A program made the translations under genes and the position numbers. Below the pieces are notes generated by a model. The model was not told the origin of the DNA. It did no database searches and worked only from the letters and a program-made list of their open reading frames with translations. This document shows, in pieces, positions 10,473-20,054 of a stretch of DNA of 64,000 bases. The stretch's first letter is position 1. The number at the start of each line of letters is the position of its first letter. The stretch comes from a virus (taxonomy: Duplodnaviria; Caudoviricetes), in the IMG/VR virus record IMGVR_UViG_3300045599_000040, positions 8,158-72,157 of that record; one strand, written 5' to 3'.

Positions 10473-11327
10473 ATTGTTAATATTGATGGATTTGATATTA
10501 GAGCAATAAATGATAATGCAATTATAGAAGAAGATTGGTATGGATTTATTTACATTACATTAAATCTCATAAATAACAAAAAGTACTTGGGACAAAAGAA
10601 ATTCGACAATGGGAGATGGAAAAAATATCTGGGAAGTGGAAAGGTTCTTAAACAAGCTATTAACAAATATAAAAAAGAAAATTTTAAGAGAGTGATTGTT
10701 TACTTGGCCTCATCAAAAAAAGAATTAGATTATAAAGAAAAAGAGTTAATAGGCTTTTTTGATGCTGTGCAAAACGAAGATTGGTATAACGTTGCAGAAG
10801 GTGGGACTGGACTAACATTCTCAAATGAGTGTAATGAAGAACTGTTAAAACAGCGCAATAATAAAATAAGTTTAGCATTAAAAAGGTTTTGGAGTAGTTC
10901 AGATAATAAACAAATGATGAGAGATTCTATGAGTGGGAAATTAAGTTCTATGAAAGGGAGAAAACTCACTGAAAAGCATAAGCAAGGGATTAGCCAAGGG
11001 AACAAAGGGAAAAAACGATCTGATGAACAATTAGAAAAACTTAAAGAAAGTCAAAGAAGAAGATGGGAGAAAGATGAGGAACGCGAAAAGATAAGTAGAC
11101 GGAATAAGGGAAAGATTCCTTGGAACAAAGGAAAAGTTACCCCTGATGATGTCAGAAGGAAACAAAGCGAGGCAGCCAAGAGAAGGTTTCAAAATAAAGA
11201 AGAGAAAGAAAAAATAAAAAACAGAAAATATATTAACAAATGCGTTGCCTGTAGCAAGGAGTTTGAATCTCGTAGCAATCGTACTTTGCGATGCCAGGAG
11301 TGTAAAGAGGTGAAAATAAATGCTTAA
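10473..11327 (+). CDS. Free-standing GIY-YIG endonuclease with NUMOD3-like repeats; start uncertain
   Basis: Frame is open from 10413 and holds YGFIYITLNLINNKKYLGQ upstream of the called TTG at 10587; YLGSG, YNVAEGG, HKQGISQGNKGKK, PWNKGK; C-terminal CxxC pair. Confidence 0.8.
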   Translation: MVNIDGFDIRAINDNAIIEEDWYGFIYITLNLINNKKYLGQKKFDNGRWKKYLGSGKVLKQAINKYKKENFKRVIVYLASSKKELDYKEKELIGFFDAVQNEDWYNVAEGGTGLTFSNECNEELLKQRNNKISLALKRFWSSSDNKQMMRDSMSGKLSSMKGRKLTEKHKQGISQGNKGKKRSDEQLEKLKESQRRRWEKDEEREKISRRNKGKIPWNKGKVTPDDVRRKQSEAAKRRFQNKEEKEKIKNRKYINKCVACSKEFESRSNRTLRCQECKEVKINA

Positions 11328-11802
11328 TAAATGGTCTGGTAAAGCCTTGTCTATTGCCATCGTGATTATTCTGATAGTTGTTGGAGTTGGTATAAAGATC
11401 TTTTGGTTTCCAGTACATACATCGTTAAAATCAATTAATTCTACATATGAAATAATAGATAAAACATTAGATAGCAACAATATACTAGCAAATTACGAGT
11501 GGTTTAAACGTCAGGAAGAAGGAATTCAAGCCCTTTACAAAAAGGAGGCAAGAGCCAAAGAAGAGATTGCAGCTTTCGAAGAAGCTTATCCTGATAAAGA
11601 TAAATGGAGCAAATTTGATAAGGATGAATATGCAAGATTACGCTCTAATTTAACAGGAGTGAGCAATATTCTTGATGAGGCAATTGCTGAATATAACGCC
11701 AGAAGCTCTATGGCTAACCGTGCAATATTTAAAGAGAATCTTCCAGTAAATATCAGTCGTGCATTTTATACTGGATTAGACTTAATCGATGGAGGGGAAT
11801 AA
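11320..11802 (+). CDS. Membrane-anchored helical protein
   Basis: Single N-terminal TM segment, then coiled helices; GAGGTG RBS. Confidence 0.7.
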   Translation: MLNKWSGKALSIAIVIILIVVGVGIKIFWFPVHTSLKSINSTYEIIDKTLDSNNILANYEWFKRQEEGIQALYKKEARAKEEIAAFEEAYPDKDKWSKFDKDEYARLRSNLTGVSNILDEAIAEYNARSSMANRAIFKENLPVNISRAFYTGLDLIDGGE

Positions 11803-12351
11803 ATGAAAAAAAACATTTTAATTATTTTAATGGTCATTCTTATGCTAGGCACGTCTGCTTGCGGATCAATGGACATCCCAACACCCGCTGATAAACAACA
11901 GACAAAACAACTTGAAAAACTGCAAAACGACTTTATTACTCGTCAACCTATTCCAGAAGTTGAGTTTAGCGTTGAAAGACAAAATGTTATTGACCGTATT
12001 AAAAGATGGAATGACCCCAATAAAGTTAGCTATATTTACTTAATTAGCGAAAATGGAATCATATTAGCGTACTTTCCAATTAAAGGGAAGGTCACGGCAT
12101 TAAATACTTATGCAACACCTGACTTACAAATTGTTGATGATCCATATGCTCGTTCTTATGAGGGTTCTCAAGGTCAAGTTGTTGATGCGCCTGATGAACT
12201 TGGTACATATGGAGAAAATAATGATGGAGTATTCTTCTTTTTGACCGATGGCACTTATGTTGAATGGACTGGTCATTACTTACTTGCAGATCAGCCTATT
12301 AAATTAACTCAGCAGCCGATCATGTTATATGAAATAGAATCTGAAAAATAA
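11803..12351 (+). CDS. Putative lipoprotein
   Basis: MKK, hydrophobic stretch, lipobox-like TSAC; GGAGGGG RBS. Confidence 0.7.
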   Translation: MKKNILIILMVILMLGTSACGSMDIPTPADKQQTKQLEKLQNDFITRQPIPEVEFSVERQNVIDRIKRWNDPNKVSYIYLISENGIILAYFPIKGKVTALNTYATPDLQIVDDPYARSYEGSQGQVVDAPDELGTYGENNDGVFFFLTDGTYVEWTGHYLLADQPIKLTQQPIMLYEIESEK

Positions 12352-12363
12352 ATTTAATGAAAG

Positions 12364-12567
12364 TTGGATTGGGGTGTGGCTTTGTTTCTAAGCACAATAC
12401 TTTTAATTTTAAATGCGTATATCATATTCTTTTTATGCAAAAACTTCATTGGTTTTGTATTTTATAAAAAAGAATTAGAAAGAGAAGAAATAGGTATGTC
12501 TATTTTAGCTTTAATAGGATGTTTTATTGTTTTCTTTTGCCAACTTCTTTTTAAAATAATTTATTAA
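12364..12567 (+). CDS. Small membrane protein
   Basis: Two hydrophobic helices. Confidence 0.45.
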   Translation: MDWGVALFLSTILLILNAYIIFFLCKNFIGFVFYKKELEREEIGMSILALIGCFIVFFCQLLFKIIY

Positions 12568-12579
12568 ATAATTAAGGAG

Positions 12580-12897
12580 GTGAGTCATTTAATGCACTTT
12601 AAAACAACAGATGCCTTAATAAAATCTGCTTTTGCCGAAGCTGACTTAGATAAAATTTTGGTTGACAGCATAAAAAAGACCATTCAAAAGGAGGATAAAA
12701 ATATGGAATATCTATATGAAGTTTTCTTGGTTGATTCAAAAAGAACAATTCAATTGAATGAAGTAACTGTTGCAGGCAATGAAGAAGAAGCCAAATTCAA
12801 TGCAGGTGTATATGATTTGCTGAGGGATAACGGCACAAAGTTATCAAATGTAACTATTATCGTTAATAGATTAGGTTCTGTTAAAGTTGAATATTAA
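12580..12897 (+). CDS. Hypothetical protein
   Basis: AAGGAGG RBS; a second in-frame RBS/ATG near 12703. Confidence 0.55.
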   Translation: MSHLMHFKTTDALIKSAFAEADLDKILVDSIKKTIQKEDKNMEYLYEVFLVDSKRTIQLNEVTVAGNEEEAKFNAGVYDLLRDNGTKLSNVTIIVNRLGSVKVEY

Positions 12898-12921
12898 AAA
12901 TAAAATATACTACATAGGAAG

Positions 12922-14208
12922 ATGAGGGAAGGAATTACATTGAAACTACCCAAGACAATTATTAAGCGCAATGGCAAAACTGTTGAATTCCAAACGGGGA
13001 AAATTACACAAGCAATTAAAAAAGCTGGAGAGCAAACAGGTGAATTTGACATTCTCGAAGCGGAGCGACTTACCCAAGAAGTGCTAAAATTAATCGAGAA
13101 TCGTAACAATTATGAGGGTTTGACAGTTGAGGGAGTTCAAGACTTGGTAGAAATGGTTTTGCTAGAATCAAAATACAAGACTACAGCAAAAGAATACATT
13201 ATCTATCGAGAAAAAAGAAATCAGGCTAGAGTGCCAGACATTTTTAAATTTCGCCTCAACTTAAAACCGTATGAATATCCAGAGCTTGCTAAATATAAAG
13301 AGGCCATCCAGCACTCTTATTGGCTGCACACTGAATTTAATTACACATCAGATATTCAAGACTTTAAAGTGAATGTATCAGATGTGGAGCGAAATGCTAT
13401 TAAAAATGCAATGCTTGCAATTGCACAAGTAGAGGTTGCGGTTAAAACATTTTGGGGCGACTTATATCATCGATTGCCTAAGCCAGAGCTAGGGTCTGTG
13501 GGCTATACATTTGCAGAAAGTGAAGTGCGACATCACGATGCATATTCTCACTTACTTGAAATTCTGGGGTTAAATGAAGAATTTGAAAAGATTAAAACAA
13601 TTCCTCAACTGATGCAACGTGTGGATTATTTAACTAAAAGTGTTGCTTTATCCCGAACAGGAAGTGACAAAGATTACGCATTGTCATTGTTGTTATTTTC
13701 CTTGTTTATTGAGCATGTATCATTATTCTCGCAGTTTTTAATTATTATGTCATTTAATAAATATCGAAATATATTTAAGGGTATGTCGAATGTAATCGAA
13801 GCAACTTCTAAAGAAGAGCAGATTCACGGGCTATTCGGCATCGAACTGATTAACACTATTCGTCAAGAACGTCCAGATTGGTTTGATGATCACATGGAAC
13901 ATCTGGTAATTCAAGCGTGTAAGGAAGCTTATGAATCTGAGCAGCTTGTTATTGATTGGATCTATGAAGCAGGAGATTTAGATTTTTTACCAAAAGCGAC
14001 AGTCAAGGAGTTTGTTAAGAACCGCTTAAACAACTCGCTTCAAAGTGTGGGTTATAAGCCAATATTTGAAGTGAATGAAATGGCAGTTGAAGCAACAGAT
14101 TGGTTTAACGATGAATTGTATACCACGAAGCATGTGGATTTCTTTGTAAAACGTTCGGTTAATTACAGTAAACGCACACGAAGCATCACTAGCGATGATT
14201 TATTCTAA
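12922..14208 (+). CDS. nrdB: Class I ribonucleotide reductase beta subunit with N-terminal ATP-cone
   Basis: ATP-cone IIKRNGKTVEF...VEGVQDLVE...AKEYIIYR; metal ligands IAQVEV, ESEVRHHDAY, IEHVSLFSQF, KEEQIH; tail HVDFF...DDLF. Confidence 0.92.
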   Translation: MREGITLKLPKTIIKRNGKTVEFQTGKITQAIKKAGEQTGEFDILEAERLTQEVLKLIENRNNYEGLTVEGVQDLVEMVLLESKYKTTAKEYIIYREKRNQARVPDIFKFRLNLKPYEYPELAKYKEAIQHSYWLHTEFNYTSDIQDFKVNVSDVERNAIKNAMLAIAQVEVAVKTFWGDLYHRLPKPELGSVGYTFAESEVRHHDAYSHLLEILGLNEEFEKIKTIPQLMQRVDYLTKSVALSRTGSDKDYALSLLLFSLFIEHVSLFSQFLIIMSFNKYRNIFKGMSNVIEATSKEEQIHGLFGIELINTIRQERPDWFDDHMEHLVIQACKEAYESEQLVIDWIYEAGDLDFLPKATVKEFVKNRLNNSLQSVGYKPIFEVNEMAVEATDWFNDELYTTKHVDFFVKRSVNYSKRTRSITSDDLF

Positions 14209-14241
14209 GCAATACTACACGGAAAGGAAAAGATATAATAA

Positions 14242-15444
14242 ATGACATTTAAATGGCTCAATGAAAATAGTCGCAAATTTTTAGAGAGTGGGTATTTAAC
14301 TGAAGGAGTCACACCAGAGCAGCGCATTCGGACAATTGCAGATTCAGCAGAATCTATTTTAGGAATCGATGGCTTTGCTGATAAGTTTTATGATTATATG
14401 AGCAAAGGTTACTACTCACTATCATCACCTGTCTGGTCTAATTTCGGTATGGATAGGGGTCTGCCTATTAGCTGCTTCAATTCCTATGTTCCAGACACTA
14501 TGGGAGGTATCTTGTACGCGCAATCCGAAGTTGGAATGATGAGTAAGTTTGGCGGTGGAACATCTGGATATTTTGGCGATCTACGTCATCGGGGAGCAAC
14601 AATCAAAGACAATGGACACTCTTCAGGAGCTGTTCATTTTATGAAGTTGTTTGAATCGATGATCGATGTTGTTTCGCAAGGCTCAGTTCGTCGTGGAGCC
14701 TTCTCACCATACTTGCCAATTGATCATCCTGACATTGAGGAATTTTTAAATATTGGCACAGAGGGAGATCCCATTCAAAAACTTACTCACGGCGTAACTG
14801 TGACAGATGAATGGATGAAAGACATGATTGCAGGAGACACGGAAAAGAGAGCGTTGTGGGCGAAAGTTATTCAGAGACGTGTTGAAATTGGTTATCCATA
14901 TATTTTCTTTACGGATACGGTGAATAACAACACAGTGGATGTTTATAAAGATAAGGGGTTGAAGATAAAATCGGGGAATTTATGCAATGAAATAGCCCTG
15001 CCAAGTAACGATGAATGGTCATTTGTTTGTAATTTATCTTCCATGAATTTATTGCATTATGACGAATGGAAAGATACTGACGCAGTAGAGACTATGGTGT
15101 TTTTCTTAGATGCTGTGATGACTGAGTTTCTAACTAAACTTGAAAGATATCGTGATTCTGACTCTAAGGAAGATCAGTTGGCTTTTTACTTCATGGAGCG
15201 AGCATATAACTTCGCAAAAGAAAATCGAGCACTGGGTCTTGGAGCATTGGGGTGGCACTCCTATCTTCAGTCTAAAATGATTCCATTTGAAAGTATGGAT
15301 GCTGCTAAACTGAATTCGCGTATTTTCAGCTTCATTCAATCCAAGGCGCACGAAGCGTCTAAAGAATTGGCTAAATTATATGGAGAACCAGAGGTTTTGA
15401 AAGGATATGGGCGCAGAAACACAACGCTGACAGCAATAGCACCT
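14242..15444 (+). CDS. nrdA: Ribonucleotide reductase alpha subunit, exon 1 (no ATP-cone)
   Basis: SSPVWSN, PISCF, GGGTSG, SGNLCNEI, FVCNLSS, RALGLG, TAIAP. Confidence 0.92.
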
Positions 15445-16485
15445 TAAAATATAGGGCGTTAATAAATTAATATTAACGATAACACTTTCGAATTGCTGGG
15501 AACCCCTAACGTAAAGTCGAGGGCGATCAGCAGCCAAGACTTACCAGTATAACTTATAAATAAAAAAAACAAGGAAGGAGGGATTTTGTGTGGGGGAAAT
15601 GCATTAGTTTTCCCAAGCTAGAAGTGACAAGGGACGGAAGAGTAAGAGCATGGCATAACTCTTGGAAAAGATATGTAGAAAAGAAACCAAGATACGATAA
15701 GGATGGATATAAAATAATTTCTACAAGACGTGATGATGGAAGATCAACGACAGTTAGAGTCCATCGATTGATAGCGGAAGCTTATATACCCAATCCAGAA
15801 AATAAACCAGTGGTAAATCATAAAAATGGAATAAAGGATGACAATCAAGTAGAAAACTTAGAGTGGGTTACTGTTTCTGAAAACACACAACATGGTTACG
15901 ATGTTTTAGGAAACATATCAGCAAAATCTCAAAGAATGCTATTATATATTGATGAAAAACCTTTTTCGACTTATGATTCAATAAATAAGGCTTGCAAAAT
16001 AATAGGAATTGATCGGGGTGCTCTAGATTTTTTAGTAAAAATGTCTGAAAGATATATTTCATATAAAAAAGTGAAAGAAAATTTTCAGGCAGTTTCCCAT
16101 AACAAAGAAATATGGGAATCAAGGATAACTTTAAATATTCGTGGTAAATTTTATAAGATTGGGAATAAGTATTACGACAAGATAAAAGATATTGCAAAGG
16201 ATTATGGTAAAGAGAGAAGTACAATACACAGATGGATTAATAAAAGTCATCCAAAAGGAATTCAAATAGAAATCATAAGTTGCAAAGAGTTTTTAAAAAA
16301 TAAAATAAAAAATACTGGTGAGTAAGGTTCAACGACTATCCCGTTGCGGGGAGTACACTCAAGCGAGTGGAAGCGGAAGTGGTCTTACATAAAGTAAGAT
16401 GTGATATAGTCTGCTCTTTATGGAAACATAAAGCAGTTCATAAGAGAACGCACACAGAAGTAGCGAGCTGTGTGGAACACAAAGG
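15445..16485 (+). ncRNA. Group I intron in nrdA (1041 nt) carrying an HNH endonuclease
   Basis: Exon ends CCT, intron ends G; AATTGCTGGGAA...ATCAGCAGCCAAG, TTCAACGACTAT, GATATAGTCT core elements; splicing gives AIAP|TTSSAFILG. Confidence 0.92.
15588..16325 (+). CDS. Intron-encoded HNH homing endonuclease
   Basis: VHRLIAEAYIPNPENKPVVNHKNGIKDDNQVENLEWVTVSENTQH. Confidence 0.88.
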   Translation: MWGKCISFPKLEVTRDGRVRAWHNSWKRYVEKKPRYDKDGYKIISTRRDDGRSTTVRVHRLIAEAYIPNPENKPVVNHKNGIKDDNQVENLEWVTVSENTQHGYDVLGNISAKSQRMLLYIDEKPFSTYDSINKACKIIGIDRGALDFLVKMSERYISYKKVKENFQAVSHNKEIWESRITLNIRGKFYKIGNKYYDKIKDIAKDYGKERSTIHRWINKSHPKGIQIEIISCKEFLKNKIKNTGE

Positions 16486-16959
16486 ACAACAAGTTCAGCA
16501 TTCATCTTAGGCCAAGTGTCACAAAGTATTGAGCCTATTTGGTCTAATACCTATGTAAAAGACGTTGCGAAAATGAAGGTGACGATTCGCAATCCATACT
16601 TACAAGAGGTTTTAAAATCATATGGCAAGGATACACGAGAAATTTGGAATAGTATCCGTGATCATGACGGCTCTGTGCAACATCTAGACTTCTTGACCGA
16701 GCATGAAAAAGAAGTATTCAAGACATTTAGTGAAATTGACCAATATGTAATTTTAGATCAAGCTTCAACTCGCCAACAATTTTTGGATCAGAGTCAATCA
16801 CTAAATCTTATGATTAATCCTACAATGTCTGCGAAAGAAATTAATGAATTATATCTATTTGCTTGGGAAAGCAACATTAAAACTTTGTACTATCAACACA
16901 GCACAAATGCGGCACAGCAATTTAGCAAAGACAAGTTGTGTACTGTATGTGAGGCATAA
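16486..16959 (+). CDS. nrdA: NrdA exon 2; spliced product about 558 aa
   Basis: SIEP, DQSQSLN, KTLYY and C-terminal CTVCEA. Confidence 0.92.
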   Translation, partial: TTSSAFILGQVSQSIEPIWSNTYVKDVAKMKVTIRNPYLQEVLKSYGKDTREIWNSIRDHDGSVQHLDFLTEHEKEVFKTFSEIDQYVILDQASTRQQFLDQSQSLNLMINPTMSAKEINELYLFAWESNIKTLYYQHSTNAAQQFSKDKLCTVCEA

Positions 16960-17008
16960 TAAGTCTAGCCTTTACACTAAAACATGAATCCTTAAGAAGA
17001 TAAAAATG

Positions 17009-17056
17009 ATACTATATGTAGTGTTCATTTACGCAATATAGCACTACATATAGATG
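17009..17056. promoter_or_regulatory. Tandem NrdR-box-like sites
   Basis: ATACTATATGTAGTGT (17009) and GCACTACATATAGATG (17041), 32 bp apart; consensus acaCwAtATaTwGtgt. Confidence 0.6.
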
Positions 17057-17087
17057 TAAAATACCAATAAAAGGGGAGTTTTAACGG

Positions 17088-17645
17088 ATGTTTAAAGTTG
17101 AAGATCGAGTTTTTATTAAAGGACTTAATAAAAAAGGTGTAGTGAAAGAAGTTGATATTAAAGAAAACAAATCCAAGGTTACACATTTTAATCAATCTGA
17201 TCAAAGAATTACAGCATGGTTTGATAATAACCAACTGAGGAAGTATTTGAAACCAAAAGATAATAAGTATTACCATATGGTATATGAGTTTCATAAAGCA
17301 TTTGACCATCCTACATCAACTAAACCGACTCGATTAACTAAAGAAAAAAAGAAAAGCCATATTGATTGGATGCTTGAAGAATTGAATGAATATAAAAATG
17401 CTAACACTCTTGTTGATGAAGTTGATGCCTTAATTGATCTTCAATACTTTCTGACTGGAACCTTTGTTTTACATGGAGTAAAACCAGATAGAATTTTTGA
17501 AATCGTACATAATGCGAATATGAGCAAATTATGGGAAGATGGCAAACCCAGATATAGAGAAGAAGATGGCAAAGTAATCAAACCACCATCTTGGCAAAAT
17601 CCAGAGCCTTTAATTGCAAAAGAAATTGAGAATCAAAGCAGATAA
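17088..17645 (+). CDS. MazG-like (all-alpha) NTP pyrophosphohydrolase with N-terminal KOW-like domain
   Basis: VYEFHKAF, MLEELNE, EVDALIDLQY, VHNANMSK, GKVIKPPSW. Confidence 0.8.
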   Translation: MFKVEDRVFIKGLNKKGVVKEVDIKENKSKVTHFNQSDQRITAWFDNNQLRKYLKPKDNKYYHMVYEFHKAFDHPTSTKPTRLTKEKKKSHIDWMLEELNEYKNANTLVDEVDALIDLQYFLTGTFVLHGVKPDRIFEIVHNANMSKLWEDGKPRYREEDGKVIKPPSWQNPEPLIAKEIENQSR

Positions 17646-17653
17646 TAAAAAAA

Positions 17654-17683
17654 ATGTGGACGGTGAAAGCTCATCGTCCACAT
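17654..17683 (+). terminator. Stem-loop between MazG-like gene and thyA
   Basis: ATGTGGACG...CGTCCACAT; weak U-tract. Confidence 0.35.
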
Positions 17684-17705
17684 GTATTTCTGGAGGAGAA
17701 AACAT

Positions 17706-18491
17706 ATGTCAAATTTTGATATTCAATATATGAATTTAATTATGGATATCTTAGATAATGGATATTATGATTCAAATCGAACAACAGATAAGACTAAAAA
17801 AGTATTTGGGAAAACTCTTCGCTTTAATCTTCAAGAAGAATTTCCAATACTAACTCTTAAGAAAACTGGCTTTAAAACATTAACTCAAGAAATGATGTGG
17901 ATTTATCAAGTAGGTTCTAATGATGTGAAATGGCTAAATGATCGAGGTATTACAATCTGGGATGAATGGAAATTTGCAGATAATACAATTGGAAAGGCAT
18001 ATGGATACCAAATAAAAAAGTATGATCAAGTTGGCAAATTGATTGATTCATTGAAAAACAATCCTCAGTCAAGGCGAATGGTGCTAAATTTGTGGAATGT
18101 AGAGGATCTAGATGAAATGGCACTTACTCCTTGCATGTATAATCATGTAGCTGATGTTAGCAATGGCAAATTAAACTGGCACACTACAATCAGATCTTCG
18201 GACGCCGCACTTGGTTTGCCATATAATGTAGCGCAAACGGCAGTTCTTGTACATATGCTTGCACAAGTTGCAGGTTTACAAGTGGGAGAACTATTATTTA
18301 CTCTTGTCAATGCACATTTGTACGAGCAGCATTTTGAACCAATTGAAGCAATATTTGAACGAAAGCCATACCCTGCACCGAAGCTGTGGATCAATGAGTC
18401 AATTACTAACTTTTATGATTTTACAATTGATGATATAAAACTTATTGACTATAAATACCATCCTCATATTTCAATGAGAGTGAGTGTGTAG
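17706..18491 (+). CDS. thyA: Thymidylate synthase
   Basis: GGAGGAG RBS before ATG 17706; SRRM, LTPC, RSSD, LPYN, NAHLY. Confidence 0.92.
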   Translation: MSNFDIQYMNLIMDILDNGYYDSNRTTDKTKKVFGKTLRFNLQEEFPILTLKKTGFKTLTQEMMWIYQVGSNDVKWLNDRGITIWDEWKFADNTIGKAYGYQIKKYDQVGKLIDSLKNNPQSRRMVLNLWNVEDLDEMALTPCMYNHVADVSNGKLNWHTTIRSSDAALGLPYNVAQTAVLVHMLAQVAGLQVGELLFTLVNAHLYEQHFEPIEAIFERKPYPAPKLWINESITNFYDFTIDDIKLIDYKYHPHISMRVSV

Positions 18492-18493
18492 CT

Positions 18494-18997
18494 TTGACAA
18501 TCTCAATCATCGTAGCTATGGATAAGAGAGGATTAATTGGGAATAGAAATTCCCTGCCCTGGCATATCCCAGCAGACTTAAAATACTTTAAAGAAGTAAC
18601 TGAAGGTAACACAGTAATCATGGGAAGAAAAACATTTGAGTCAATCGGTCAACCTTTACCAGATAGGAAAAACATAGTCCTAACAACAAATGAGTCATTT
18701 AATGCTGATAATGCTGAGGTGCATTATTCCTTTGATGAGTTATTGGCAAAAATTAAAAGTGAAGAGGATGAGGAATTTATCGTTATTGGTGGAGCAGAAA
18801 TATATAAACAATTTTTACCCTTTGTTGATACTCTCTATATAACTCATATTGATCATGATTTTGAAGGAGACATACACTTCCCAGTTTACAACAAAGAAGA
18901 TTTTGTACTTAGCTCTTATTCCACTTTGGGTATATCTAAAGAGACAAATTACAATTTAAAATTTGCAATCTACGACAGAGTCAAAAATAAAATATAA
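18494..18997 (+). CDS. dfrA: Dihydrofolate reductase
   Basis: IIVAMD, LPWHIPADLKYFK, IMGRKTFESI, VIGGAEIY, GDIHFP. Confidence 0.95.
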   Translation: MTISIIVAMDKRGLIGNRNSLPWHIPADLKYFKEVTEGNTVIMGRKTFESIGQPLPDRKNIVLTTNESFNADNAEVHYSFDELLAKIKSEEDEEFIVIGGAEIYKQFLPFVDTLYITHIDHDFEGDIHFPVYNKEDFVLSSYSTLGISKETNYNLKFAIYDRVKNKI

Positions 18998-19003
18998 AAG
19001 TTA

Positions 19004-19032
19004 TTGACACGATTTAACAATGGTGTTACCCT
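19004..19032 (+). promoter_or_regulatory. SigA-like promoter followed by a palindrome
   Basis: TTGACA-17 nt-TACCCT; AGTGTAGTC-TATACA-GGCTACACT immediately downstream. Confidence 0.55.
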
Positions 19033-19082
19033 AAGTGTAGTCTATACAGGCTACACTATTTTTTATAACGAGGTGAGTATAT

Positions 19083-19652
19083 GTGATTGTTGAGGTTAAT
19101 ACCAAAAATCCAGAATTGAAAACAAAAAAAATTCACATGTCAGATCATGCATACCAAAGAATGAGTGAGCGATTTGGGATCAAAGAAAAAACCCAAGCCC
19201 TTGGCAGAGTCAGAGAATGGTTGAGAGAGGGTCATAAAGTTGGTTTAGTGACAGATGAAAATGGCAAGGATGCTATTTTATACGCATTTGGAAGAAATGC
19301 GGTTTATCTTTCACTCGATTTATCAACTGTTTTAACAGTAAAGCGTGAAGAGCATGTTACATATAAGCCAATTAAAAATAGATTATATGAAATGCATAGG
19401 AAAGAATTTAATAAATTAGATAGGCTGGAAAAAAGAAAAATTAAAAGGAAGAATCTTGAACAGTTACGAGTAAATGCAGAAATCTCTCACTTGGAGTATC
19501 GAAAAGCAAAAACAAGATCAGAAAATGTAAGGGTATATTGCGACACAAGAATAGCAGAATTGAAAAACTACATAAATAAACTAAAAAATGAAATACGAAG
19601 CATTAAAGCAGAAAAGAATCAAGTTGCAAATTCAATGGTTTCAATTTTATAA
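19083..19652 (+). CDS. Hypothetical protein: DUF4258/RelE-like N-terminus plus coiled coil
   Basis: MSDHAYQRMSERFG motif; basic heptad-rich C-terminus. Confidence 0.55.
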   Translation: MIVEVNTKNPELKTKKIHMSDHAYQRMSERFGIKEKTQALGRVREWLREGHKVGLVTDENGKDAILYAFGRNAVYLSLDLSTVLTVKREEHVTYKPIKNRLYEMHRKEFNKLDRLEKRKIKRKNLEQLRVNAEISHLEYRKAKTRSENVRVYCDTRIAELKNYINKLKNEIRSIKAEKNQVANSMVSIL

Positions 19653-19684
19653 ATTTTATAAAATAAAATATAATAGGTGATAAT

Positions 19685-19963
19685 ATGAATTTGATAAGGG
19701 ATTTTTTTAGAGATAAACCAATTATACTACACAAGTCGGAAAAGCTAGTTATTTTATCTATGGTGTGTTTAGTTTCACTTTTTCTGTTAGTCTCAGGTTA
19801 TACGCTTGTATTTGAAACAGAGTTTAAAGAATTTACTATGCTTATGACTGGGATTGGATTCCTCATTATTGGTGCTTTTGCTCCAATAACAACATTTACA
19901 TCCTTTGCAGACTATGGAATTATGAAAGAAGAAATCCAGAAATTAGAGGCTAAAAAACATTGA
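19685..19963 (+). CDS. Two-TM membrane protein
   Basis: AGGTGA RBS, two hydrophobic helices. Confidence 0.6.
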   Translation: MNLIRDFFRDKPIILHKSEKLVILSMVCLVSLFLLVSGYTLVFETEFKEFTMLMTGIGFLIIGAFAPITTFTSFADYGIMKEEIQKLEAKKH

Positions 19964-20054
19964 TAGGACGCGATTATTAAGATGAGATTTTCCGATAAAA
20001 CACTTGTTTTAACTGATTTGCTACTCATCATAAATTAACAGGGGGAGATGGAGA

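Noticed and set aside
17012-17053. 12-bp inverted repeat read as the nrdA terminator
   Set aside because: Long loop, AT-rich stem and no U-tract; better explained as two NrdR-like boxes 32 bp apart
17706-18491. thyA as a base-modifying hydroxymethylase
   Set aside because: Keeps the dUMP-specifying Asn (LPYN), pairs with DHFR, and its PC-x variant resembles Bacillus phage-type ThyA
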